Of a stretch of 15,519 nt of DNA, positions 1-7,948 are shown piece after piece. A program made the position numbers and the translations under genes. Origin of the DNA: an uncultured archaeon (lineage in GTDB: Archaea > Iainarchaeota > Iainarchaeia > Iainarchaeales > CSSED10-239); NCBI GenBank assembly GCA_964591795.1, contig CAZQEL010000020.1:1-15519 (forward strand). The letters are read 5' to 3'. The notes beneath the pieces are model-generated. The model did not search any database and was not told where the DNA came from. It saw only the letters and a program-made list of their open reading frames with translations. Every line of letters starts with the position of its first letter. The stretch's first letter is position 1.

Positions 1-50
1 AACGAGCAGTATGCTCGTTAAAAATGAACAAGATGTCCAGCGGACATCTT
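1..50. other. Two GC-rich perfect hairpins (1-8/12-19 and 30-38/42-50) at the window edge. They may be part of a structured ncRNA or a terminator module truncated by the window.
   Basis: aacgagca-gta-tgctcgtt forms an 8-bp stem with a 3-nt loop. aagatgtcc-agc-ggacatctt forms a 9-bp stem with a 3-nt loop. The local GC content is clearly higher than the surrounding AT-rich spacer. On the minus strand the second hairpin is followed by gttcattttt. Confidence 0.3.
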
Positions 51-165
51 GAATAAGTGTAGTAGAATGTAATTATTAATTAATTATTATAAAAAATAAT
101 TTTAATTAAATTTAATATTAAATTTTAAAATAAGCTTTCTTTTTATTTCTTTTCATCTATAAAAT

Positions 166-1158
166 ATGTTTATGTCTTATAATTATATTGTTAAATATCC
201 TTTTTCGAATCAAGCAAAAGAATATTTAGAAAAAAACAACATTGATTTATTTTCAATAAATGAAGATGTTATAAAAAAGGCAGCTATGTTTATTCTTAAA
301 ACTATTTTTCAATCTAGTCAAGATAATGAAAAACAATGGAAGGAATATTTAAGGATTGATGATGAAAGAATTGCAAAAGTATTTGCAACTTTGTTTCCAT
401 TATCTAAATTATTATTAAATGTGGTTGATTATAATCCATTATACCAAAGATTTGGAGAATATTTTCAAAACCAAGTTTTATTTTATTTAAGACATCTTAG
501 TGACGAACAGGAATTTTCTGAAATTCAAACAGATATTTGTGTGAATTTAAAATTTAGCGATGTAAAGGATAGATACTATATTTCTTTAATTGATTATTTA
601 TCATTAAATTTATCAGATAATTTTAAACTTCAATATTCTAATCTTGAAGAAGGTCAAGTTTATTTTTCAAAGATAGAAGTAATTGAACTGTTATCAGTAA
701 TTTTGAAAAAAAGAATTTTAAAAAATATTGATTTTGAAAAAAAAGAATTACCTAAATTATTTTTAGAATATGGAATTTATATTAAGAAAAAAGTTGTTTC
801 TGAAAATATTTTTCAAGAACAAGTTATTAATAAACCAGAAGTAGGTACTTTTCCACCTTGTTTTTTAAAAATTTATCAAAAATTAATTGCTGGCGAAAAA
901 TTAACTCATAGTGAAAATTTTAATATTGCGGTTTTTTTATTTAATGTAGGTTACAATTATAACGAAATGTTAGATTTGTTCAAACATTTACCTAATTTTG
1001 ATGAAAAAATTGCAGGTTATCAGATACAAAAAGTAATTGAAAAGAAATATTCAGTTTCTAATTGTGATACATTGAAAAGTAATGGATTATGTGTTAATGA
1101 TTGTAAAACAAAACACCCTTTTCAATTGTTTAAACCAAATAAGAAAGGTGAAAAATAA
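166..1158 (+). CDS. priL: DNA primase large (regulatory) subunit PriL
   Basis: The ORF is 330 aa. Its C-terminal half has the PriL Fe-S domain signature, FPPCF plus a distal Cys cluster (SNCDTLKSNGLCVNDCKTKHPF), giving four Cys in total. The start is ATG at 166, with an alternative ATG at 172. The stop abuts the next start (TAAATG). Confidence 0.75.
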   Translation: MFMSYNYIVKYPFSNQAKEYLEKNNIDLFSINEDVIKKAAMFILKTIFQSSQDNEKQWKEYLRIDDERIAKVFATLFPLSKLLLNVVDYNPLYQRFGEYFQNQVLFYLRHLSDEQEFSEIQTDICVNLKFSDVKDRYYISLIDYLSLNLSDNFKLQYSNLEEGQVYFSKIEVIELLSVILKKRILKNIDFEKKELPKLFLEYGIYIKKKVVSENIFQEQVINKPEVGTFPPCFLKIYQKLIAGEKLTHSENFNIAVFLFNVGYNYNEMLDLFKHLPNFDEKIAGYQIQKVIEKKYSVSNCDTLKSNGLCVNDCKTKHPFQLFKPNKKGEK

Positions 1159-2679
1159 ATGACTAAAGATAAAGTTTTATTATTAATTTTAGATGGTGTG
1201 GGTATTAATAAAGAATATACTGGTAATGCGGTTTATTTATCTAAAACAAAAAATTTAGATACTTTAATTAATACTTATCCTTATACTGAGCTTGGAGCAA
1301 GTGAACAATATGTTGGACTTGATAAAGGTCAATTAGGTGGTTCTGAAGTAGGTCATTTAACTATTGGCGCAGGTAAAGTTGTTCTTTCAGACCTTACTAG
1401 AATAAATAAAGCAATTAAAGAAAAATCTTTTTATAAAAATAAAATATTACTTAGTGCTTTTTCAAAAGTTAAAAAAGGAAATGCACTTCATTTAATTGGT
1501 CTTTTAAGTGATGGTGGAGTTCACTCTCATATGAAACATTTATTTGCTCTTTTAGATGTTGTAAAACAAAAAAATTTGCCCAAAGTATTTATTCATGTAT
1601 TTTCTGACGGTAGAGATACTCATCCAAAAAGTATTTTAACTTATTTAAGTAAATTAAAAGAATATATTTCTAAATTAAATCTTTTAGATGTTGTTGAAAT
1701 TGCAAGTATTTCTGGTCGATTTTATGGAATGGATAGAGATAATCGTTGGGATAGACTTGAAAAAGTATATTCTCTTTTAGTTGAAGGAAAAGGTAATTTT
1801 ACAGATAGTAAAGCTGTTTTTATTAAACAAAGTTACAGACAGGGTATTACTGATGAATATTTTATTCCAACTTTATTTGATAAAGATGGATTAATTAAAA
1901 ATAAAGATACTATAATTTATTTTAATTTTAGAAGTGATCGTGCTCGTGAATTTACAAGATTGTTTGTAGATAAAAAATTTAAAATATTTAAAACTAAAAA
2001 ATTAGATATAAATTTTTATACTTTAACTCAATATGATTCTACTTTTAAAAACATAAATGTTGTTTTTCCACCATTAAAAGTAAATGTAGGGTTAGGTCAA
2101 ATTATTTCAAAAGCAGGATTTAAACAATTAAGGGCTGCAGAAACCGAAAAATATGCACATGTTACATATTTTTTTAATCAAGGGCAGGAATTTCCAAATA
2201 AAGGTGAAACTAGAATAGTAGTGCCATCTCCAAAAGTTTTAACCTATGATTTAAAACCTAAAATGTCTCTTTTAGATTTAATGAAAAAATTAATTCCTGA
2301 AGTTAAAAAAAATTATAAGTTAATGGTAGTTAATTTTGCAAATGGAGATATGGTTGGGCATACTGGTAATCTTAGTGCTGCAATTACAGCTATCGAAACT
2401 ATGGATAATTGTGTTCTTAAATTATTAAAGGCAGTTGATAAAAATACAACTGTAATTATAACTGCAGATCATGGAAATTGTGATGAAATGAGTTTTAGTG
2501 ATCGATCTATAAGTACATCTCATAGTTTAAGTAAAGTGCCATTTATTTTGGTGTCTGATAAATTTAATTTAAATAAAATTATTAAAAAACCATCTCTTGC
2601 AAATATTGCTCCAACTATACTTGATATTTTGGATATTAAAAAACCAAAAAATATGGTCCAATCTCTTTTAAAAAAATGA
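1159..2679 (+). CDS. gpmI: 2,3-bisphosphoglycerate-independent phosphoglycerate mutase, bacterial/eukaryotic GpmI type
   Basis: The ORF is 506 aa and carries the full set of GpmI motifs: LLILDGVG, GGSEVGHLTIGAGK, LSDGGVHSH, FSDGRDT, ISGRFYGMDRDNRWDR, ETEKYAHVTYFFNQG, NFANGDMVGHTG and TADHGN. An AGGTGA Shine-Dalgarno-like site at 1146..1151 lies inside the end of priL. Confidence 0.93.
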   Translation: MTKDKVLLLILDGVGINKEYTGNAVYLSKTKNLDTLINTYPYTELGASEQYVGLDKGQLGGSEVGHLTIGAGKVVLSDLTRINKAIKEKSFYKNKILLSAFSKVKKGNALHLIGLLSDGGVHSHMKHLFALLDVVKQKNLPKVFIHVFSDGRDTHPKSILTYLSKLKEYISKLNLLDVVEIASISGRFYGMDRDNRWDRLEKVYSLLVEGKGNFTDSKAVFIKQSYRQGITDEYFIPTLFDKDGLIKNKDTIIYFNFRSDRAREFTRLFVDKKFKIFKTKKLDINFYTLTQYDSTFKNINVVFPPLKVNVGLGQIISKAGFKQLRAAETEKYAHVTYFFNQGQEFPNKGETRIVVPSPKVLTYDLKPKMSLLDLMKKLIPEVKKNYKLMVVNFANGDMVGHTGNLSAAITAIETMDNCVLKLLKAVDKNTTVIITADHGNCDEMSFSDRSISTSHSLSKVPFILVSDKFNLNKIIKKPSLANIAPTILDILDIKKPKNMVQSLLKK

Positions 2680-2685
2680 TTTTTT

Positions 2686-3717
2686 ATGAATATATTAAAA
2701 ATTGACTTTAAAAAAAAGAATATTTCATTTATTTGTCAAACCATAGAAGATTTATGGGTTATTAAAACTTTAGCTGAAGTTGGAGATACAATTAAAGGTA
2801 GTTCTTTAAGACGACTTAAAAATAACGATACTGGTGAGTCTGAACGAAAACCAATTTTTGTTGAAATTGATATTGAAAAAAAAGATTTTTCATCAACTTT
2901 AAATTCATTAAGATTTACCGGTAAGATAGTTTTTTCAAAGCCTCAAGAATTAGCTCCTTTAGCTGAATATCATACTATAGATGTTGATTTTGGAAATAAA
3001 TATACTATCTGTAAAAAAGAACTTTTTCAACATCAAATTGATTTGTTGAAAAATTCATCTTCATTTGTAAATAAAATTAATGTAGTTGTGCTTGATGATG
3101 AATCTTGTGATGTTTATTCTTTGTCTGGTGTTGAAAAAAAATTAATAGCTTCTTTTAAATCCGGTAAACATGGTAAAAGATACAATCAATCTTTTGATTT
3201 TACACCTTTTTTTGAAAATATTTTTTCTTTGATTGAAAAATATAAAGATCAATTGATTGTGGCAGGTCCTGGTGGAACTAAAACTTCATTTTTAAAATAT
3301 ATTAAAGAAAAATATAAATTATCTGGAATATCTGTAAATATTTCTAGCACATCAAAATCTTCAATAAATGAATTATTTACTAAAAAAGAAGTTTTGAAGT
3401 TTTTTGAAAATTCTTTAATTTATAAAGAACAAGAAATGTTAATTAAATTTAAAGAAAATTTAGGCAAAGATAATGGTCTTTCAGTATATAGTCTAAAGGA
3501 TATTTCTTTAGTTGTAGAAACTGGTGCTTGCGAGTTTATATTAATTTCTTATAATTTATGGTTAAAAGAAATAAATAAACTTCAAACTTTAATTAAGATT
3601 GCAGAAAAAGTTAATACTAAAATTCATATTGTTGATGAAACCCATGATGAAACATTAAAAACACTTCATTCTTTTGGTGGAATAATTTCAGTTTTAAAAT
3701 ATAAACTAAATTATTAA
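2686..3717 (+). CDS. pelA: Pelota/Dom34-type mRNA surveillance (ribosome rescue) protein
   Basis: The ORF is 343 aa. The N-terminus (MNILKIDFKKKNISFICQTIEDLWVIKTLAEVGDTIKG...) matches the archaeal Pelota N-domain pattern (xxEDLWxLxxxxxxGD). Length and three-domain layout are consistent with eRF1-like Pelota. Confidence 0.85.
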   Translation: MNILKIDFKKKNISFICQTIEDLWVIKTLAEVGDTIKGSSLRRLKNNDTGESERKPIFVEIDIEKKDFSSTLNSLRFTGKIVFSKPQELAPLAEYHTIDVDFGNKYTICKKELFQHQIDLLKNSSSFVNKINVVVLDDESCDVYSLSGVEKKLIASFKSGKHGKRYNQSFDFTPFFENIFSLIEKYKDQLIVAGPGGTKTSFLKYIKEKYKLSGISVNISSTSKSSINELFTKKEVLKFFENSLIYKEQEMLIKFKENLGKDNGLSVYSLKDISLVVETGACEFILISYNLWLKEINKLQTLIKIAEKVNTKIHIVDETHDETLKTLHSFGGIISVLKYKLNY

Positions 3718-3751
3718 TTAAAAAAAGTAAAAAAATAACGGACTTAAAAAA

Positions 3752-4021
3752 TTATCCGTGTATTTGTTGATCTTTAATTATTTTAACAGGAACTTTATTA
3801 GGATTCATTTTTTTAGCTAAAGCTTCTTTTTCTTTTATTTTAATTTTTAAAGTTCTAGTTATGTATCCTGCCATTAAATTAACTGTTAATTTAGATAATG
3901 GAAGTTTCATACTTTTTAAAAAAAGTTTGTTTTTTTCAAATTCAATTCCAAGTTTATCTTCAAATTCGTTAATTATTATTCTTGCTTTTGCTTTTATACT
4001 ATTTGATACAGCTTTTCCCAT
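3752..4021 (-). CDS. rps17e: 30S ribosomal protein S17e
   Basis: MGKAVSNSIKAKARIIINEFEDKLGIEFEKNKLFL...NLMAGYITR resembles archaeal S17e (MGxxRxxxIKRxxxxLxxxF...FExNK...RNRIAGYxTR). It lies 1 nt downstream of rpoK on the same strand. Confidence 0.8.
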   Translation of the reverse strand: MGKAVSNSIKAKARIIINEFEDKLGIEFEKNKLFLKSMKLPLSKLTVNLMAGYITRTLKIKIKEKEALAKKMNPNKVPVKIIKDQQIHG

Positions 4022-4022
4022 A

Positions 4023-4226
4023 TTAATTCACACTTATAATTTCTCTTTTGCCGTTAATTATTCTAATTACTGCTAAAGGTATAATTTTTTTAAAAAACTC
4101 TTTTTCTGCTAAAATACATGCTGTGTCATTTTTTAGTGCTCTTACAAGTGGAGGTGCTCCACATGCAATTTGTTCTGCACGAGCAGACAGTATCCTAGTT
4201 ACTTCATATTTTGTTAATTTTTTCAT
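4023..4226 (-). CDS. rpoK: DNA-directed RNA polymerase subunit K (Rpo6/RpoK)
   Basis: The ORF is 67 aa. LTKYEVTRILSARAEQIACGAPPLV matches the conserved RpoK/Rpb6 core ([22 protein letters not shown]). Confidence 0.85.
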   Translation of the reverse strand: MKKLTKYEVTRILSARAEQIACGAPPLVRALKNDTACILAEKEFFKKIIPLAVIRIINGKREIISVN

Positions 4227-4319
4227 AGTTATTCATTTTTAAAGTTTTTAAAAATTAGTTATTTGTAATATATTATATGTTAGAAATACATATAAATATA
4301 TTTGTTTTATAAACTTTAG

Positions 4320-4345
4320 TTGTTGTGTGCTTTTTCGTACAACAA
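4320..4345. promoter_or_regulatory. Hairpin in the divergent rpoK / wHTH-gene intergenic region; function unknown
   Basis: ttgttgtgtg / cgtacaacaa form a stem of about 10 bp, including two G-U pairs if read as RNA, with a cttttt loop. It sits about 45 nt upstream of the ATG at 4391. The flanking sequence has many TATA-like strings (for example catataaatatattt), which are not discriminating in a genome this AT-rich. Confidence 0.25.
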
Positions 4346-4390
4346 TAACCTTTTTAATATGTTTTAATAATCATTTATGTGTGAGTATTT

Positions 4391-4930
4391 ATGGCTGTAG
4401 TAAAAAAAATAAATGATTCAATAAGAGTAAAAATATTGTCTGCAATGATGAAAAAAGGATCAGTTACACCAAATGTTAGACAAATTAAAAAGATAACTGG
4501 TTTTCATAGAGCTACAATTAAATCATCCATTGATTTTTTAGAAAATAAAAAATTCATAAATGGTTATCGTCCATTATTAGATCCAGTTATTGCGGGTTAT
4601 AATTTAAAATCATTTTCTTATTTTCAAATAGATTTGTCTTTAAAAGAAAAACAAAAACAATTTTTTGAAAGTGTTTCGAAAGACAAAAATGTCTTTGCAG
4701 CATCACAAGTAATTTCTGAAGGAGATTTTAATATTGCCTTAAGTTTTTTATCTAAAAATATAGAGTCACAGCATAATAGTTTAAGAGAAAAGTATATTTA
4801 TAAAATTCCTAATTATTATGATTTTATAAAAAAATCATCTAGTTATTATTTATCAAATCCAATTTATAAAGCAAAAAATCAAATTGATACATTAATAGAG
4901 TTGTTACTTGAAGAACAAGGACTTGATTAA
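4391..4930 (+). CDS. Putative winged-helix DNA-binding protein, Lrp/AsnC-like architecture (N-terminal wHTH plus C-terminal alpha/beta domain)
   Basis: The ORF is 179 aa. The N-terminus (RVKILSAMMKKGSVTPNVRQIKKITGFHRATIKSSIDFLENKKFINGY) looks like a wHTH. The following LDPVIAGYNLKSFSYFQIDL resembles the start of an Lrp/AsnC RAM-type domain. The assignment rests on pattern only. The stop is 2 nt before the next ATG. Confidence 0.45.
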   Translation: MAVVKKINDSIRVKILSAMMKKGSVTPNVRQIKKITGFHRATIKSSIDFLENKKFINGYRPLLDPVIAGYNLKSFSYFQIDLSLKEKQKQFFESVSKDKNVFAASQVISEGDFNIALSFLSKNIESQHNSLREKYIYKIPNYYDFIKKSSSYYLSNPIYKAKNQIDTLIELLLEEQGLD

Positions 4931-4932
4931 AT

Positions 4933-5736
4933 ATGAAACTTGAAATTAATTATACTTTACAAGCAGGTAAAAATGCAGAAACCAAATATCTTGAAAGAAA
5001 TCGTTATAAATCAAAACTTTTAGGTGCAAAAAAAGCAATTTCAATAACAAACAGAAAAATACAATTACAAGAAAAAAATATTCAAACAAAAGAAGATGCT
5101 AAACCAATTCTTTCAAAAAGAATAATAAGAAAGAAAGAATGGTTTCATAATTTTAGATGGTGTATAACTTCTTCTGGTTTTTTAGTATTAGCTGGAAAGG
5201 ATACAAAGAATAATGAATTTTTAATAAAAAAACATTTAGAAAAAAATGATTTGTATTTTCACGCAGATGTTCATGGTGCTCCTCATGTTATTTTAAAAAA
5301 TAATGATTTTAAAGAAATTTTAGATGTGGATAAAGAAGAAGCAGCTTGTTTTGCATTAATTTTTTCATCAGCATGGAAAAATAAATATTTTTCTGCAGAA
5401 GTTTATTCTGTTAAACCAGATCAGGTATCTAAAACTGCAAATACTGGTGAATCGTTAAGTACTGGTTCTTTTGTAATTAGAGGTAAAAGAGAGTATTATA
5501 AAAAATTAAATTTAAAATTAAAATTAGTTAATGATAAATTAAAAGGAATGTATTCTGCTCCTGTTTTACTTACCTCTAAACCTACAAAAGATTTAGTTTA
5601 TATAGTTCCAGGAGATACTAAAAAATCTGACGCATCTAAAAAAATAAAAGAGTATTTTGCAAAAAAGAATATTAATTTATTGCAAGACGAAATTGATTCA
5701 ATCCTTCCACCTGGTAATTGTGAAGTAATTATTTAA
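4933..5736 (+). CDS. NFACT-family protein (Rqc2/RqcH/FbpA-like) with NFACT-R (DUF814) domain and no NFACT-N domain
   Basis: The ORF is 267 aa. WFHNFRWCITSSGFLVLAGKDTKNNEFLIKKHLEKNDLYFHADVHGAPHVILKN is the NFACT-R/DUF814 core. The N-terminus (GKNAETKYLERNRYKSKLLGAKKAI) resembles the second coiled-coil helix (xxNAxxYFxKYKKxK) that precedes NFACT-R in full-length proteins. Confidence 0.75.
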   Translation: MKLEINYTLQAGKNAETKYLERNRYKSKLLGAKKAISITNRKIQLQEKNIQTKEDAKPILSKRIIRKKEWFHNFRWCITSSGFLVLAGKDTKNNEFLIKKHLEKNDLYFHADVHGAPHVILKNNDFKEILDVDKEEAACFALIFSSAWKNKYFSAEVYSVKPDQVSKTANTGESLSTGSFVIRGKREYYKKLNLKLKLVNDKLKGMYSAPVLLTSKPTKDLVYIVPGDTKKSDASKKIKEYFAKKNINLLQDEIDSILPPGNCEVII

Positions 5737-5812
5737 TTAAAATAATAATTATTAAATACTATTTGGTTTAATATTATATATTAATATTAAAAAACTAATT
5801 TTGTGATTAAAT

Positions 5813-7948
5813 ATGTCTGTGAAAAAAGAACCCTCAATTAAATTAAAAGTTTTAGAAGCATCAGAAGACTTTATTGGAAAAAATATTGTTAAACTAGATA
5901 TACTTGTAAAACAAAAATTAAATATTATATCTGGAGATATTGTTTTAATAAAAGGAGATGGAATTACTGCTGCTCAAGTATGGCCTGAAAAAAATAAAGC
6001 TGGTGAAGAAAATATTATTAGAATGGACCAATACACTAGAAAAAACGCTAATGTGTCCATTGGAGATTTTGTAGCTATTAAAAAAATAGAACCAGTAATT
6101 GCAAAAGAAGTTATTTTAACTCCACTTAAAGATGTTAATCTTTTATCTGAAAATCAAGATCTTGTTATTAAAAAAAACTTTTTAGGAAGACCATTTGTTC
6201 AAAATAATCATATTATGATTAATGTTTTTGGATCAAGTTATCTTTATGAAGTAACAAGCACATCTCCAAATAAAATTGTTGTATTGTCAGAAGAAACAAA
6301 TTTAATTATTAATAAAAAACCAACATCAAAAAGTAAAATTAATCAAATAATTGGTTATGAAGATGTTGGAGGACTTAAAAAAGAAATTGAAAAAATAAGA
6401 GAAATGGTTGAATTGCCATTTAAGTATCCTGAGTTTTTTGAAAAATTAAATGTTACTCCACCAAAAGGTATATTATTATATGGACCACCAGGAACAGGTA
6501 AAACTTTACTTGCAAAAGCATTATCAAGTGAGCTTAAAGCAAACTTTATTGCGCTTGATGCTCCACAAATAATGGCAAAGTTTGTTGGTGAAGCTGAAGA
6601 AAAATTAAGAAATATTTTTAAAAAAGCACAAAGTAAAACTCCTGCTATTATTTTTATTGATGAAATTGATGCAATTGCTCCAAAAAGAGATGGGTTTATT
6701 TCAGAGGTTGAAAAACGTGTTGTTGCTCAACTTTTAGCATTAATGGATGGTGTATCTTCACGTGGTGATGTTATTGTAATAGGAGCTACAAACAGACAAG
6801 AAGATATTGATTCAGCCTTAAGAAGACCAGGTAGATTTGATAGAGAAATTGATATCGGAGTTCCTAATGAAGAAGGTAGATATGATATCTTGAAAATACA
6901 TACAAGAAATGTGCCTCTTTCAAAGAATGTTAATTTAAAAAAAATGGCACAAATAACACATGGGTTTGTGGGTGCTGATCTTTCTGCTTTTGTGAAAGAA
7001 GCAGCAATCTTTGCAATTAAAGATAAAATATCTGATATTTCTTCTCCTAAAGAAGAAATTCCTCATAAGATATTAGAAGATTTGTCAATTTCAAAAAATG
7101 ATTTTGATAGGGCATTAAAAGTTGTACAACCATCTGCTTTAAGAGAAGTTTTTGTTGAAATTCCTGATGTGGCATATAGTGATCTTGGTGCATTGAAAGA
7201 ACAAAAAGAAGAGCTTTCTGAAATTATAAATCTTACTTTAAATAAAAAAGATATTTTACAAAAAATGAATTTAAAAACTATTAAAAATATTTTATTATAT
7301 GGCCCTCCTGGTACAGGAAAAACCACTTTTGTAAAAGCAACTGCAAAGGAATTTGGAGTTAATTTTATTTATGTAAAAGGACCAGAAATATTTAATAAAT
7401 GGGTAGGAGAATCTGAAAAAACAATTAGATATATTTTTAAAAAAGCAAAAGCAGTATCACCTTGTATTCTTTTCTTTGATGAAATTGATTCGCTTACACA
7501 AAGACGTGATGATTCAATTACTAGCGTAAAAGTTTTAGATCAGTTGTTATCAGAGCTTGATAATTTATCACATAAAGATGTTTTATTTATTTGTGCAACT
7601 AATAGACCTGAATCGATTGACAAATCTTTTTTAAGAAGTGGAAGAATTGATAAATTTATGCAGTTTAAACTTCCTAATTTAAAAGAAAGAAAAGAAATAA
7701 TTAATCTTTTACTTTCTAAAATACCTTCTGAAAAAATAGATGTAAAAGAACTTTCTGAAATTACTAATAATTTTTCATCAGCAGATTTAAATTTATTAAT
7801 TACTGAATCTGCATTTTTAGCATTAAAAGAAAATAAATATAAAGAAACAAAAATTAAAAAAGAACATATTTTAAAAGTATTTTCTAAACTTAAAGCAAAA
7901 GTAGCAACTGAAGGTGGACTTACAGGTATATCTAAATATATTAATTAA
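5813..7948 (+). CDS. cdc48: CDC48/VCP/p97-type AAA+ ATPase (N domain plus D1 and D2)
   Basis: The ORF is 711 aa. The N-terminal double-psi-barrel-like segment reads [21 protein letters not shown]...[19 protein letters not shown]. There are two Walker A motifs (GPPGTGKT twice) and two Walker B motifs (IIFIDEIDA and ILFFDEIDS). Sensor and arginine-finger regions are ATNR...[10 protein letters not shown] and ATNR...RSGRIDKF. Confidence 0.93.
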   Translation: MSVKKEPSIKLKVLEASEDFIGKNIVKLDILVKQKLNIISGDIVLIKGDGITAAQVWPEKNKAGEENIIRMDQYTRKNANVSIGDFVAIKKIEPVIAKEVILTPLKDVNLLSENQDLVIKKNFLGRPFVQNNHIMINVFGSSYLYEVTSTSPNKIVVLSEETNLIINKKPTSKSKINQIIGYEDVGGLKKEIEKIREMVELPFKYPEFFEKLNVTPPKGILLYGPPGTGKTLLAKALSSELKANFIALDAPQIMAKFVGEAEEKLRNIFKKAQSKTPAIIFIDEIDAIAPKRDGFISEVEKRVVAQLLALMDGVSSRGDVIVIGATNRQEDIDSALRRPGRFDREIDIGVPNEEGRYDILKIHTRNVPLSKNVNLKKMAQITHGFVGADLSAFVKEAAIFAIKDKISDISSPKEEIPHKILEDLSISKNDFDRALKVVQPSALREVFVEIPDVAYSDLGALKEQKEELSEIINLTLNKKDILQKMNLKTIKNILLYGPPGTGKTTFVKATAKEFGVNFIYVKGPEIFNKWVGESEKTIRYIFKKAKAVSPCILFFDEIDSLTQRRDDSITSVKVLDQLLSELDNLSHKDVLFICATNRPESIDKSFLRSGRIDKFMQFKLPNLKERKEIINLLLSKIPSEKIDVKELSEITNNFSSADLNLLITESAFLALKENKYKETKIKKEHILKVFSKLKAKVATEGGLTGISKYIN

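Noticed and set aside
60-165. Extremely AT-rich spacer upstream of priL with short direct and inverted repeats (for example attaaattt twice, and taattattaattaattatta), considered as a replication origin or ORB-like element
   Set aside because: The repeats are low-complexity A/T strings expected by chance at this composition. There is no recognisable ORB/mini-ORB consensus and no adjacent orc1/cdc6 gene. It is most likely just the priL promoter region.
3738-3759. Short hairpin (acgga / tccgt, 12-nt loop) between convergent pelota and rps17e, considered as a bidirectional terminator
   Set aside because: The stem is only 5 bp with a large loop, and it overlaps the rps17e stop codon. That is too weak to call. 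The A/T runs alone could serve as archaeal termination signals.
3861-4242. Plus-strand ORFs 3861..4076 and 4048..4242, antisense to rps17e and rpoK
   Set aside because: Their products are low-complexity and rich in Phe, Ile and Leu, as expected for antisense frames of AT-rich genes. The opposite-strand ORFs have clear S17e and RpoK motifs.
7063-7326. Minus-strand 87-aa ORF inside cdc48
   Set aside because: It is a shadow ORF opposite the well-supported D2 Walker A region of CDC48. It has no recognisable motif or translation signal.
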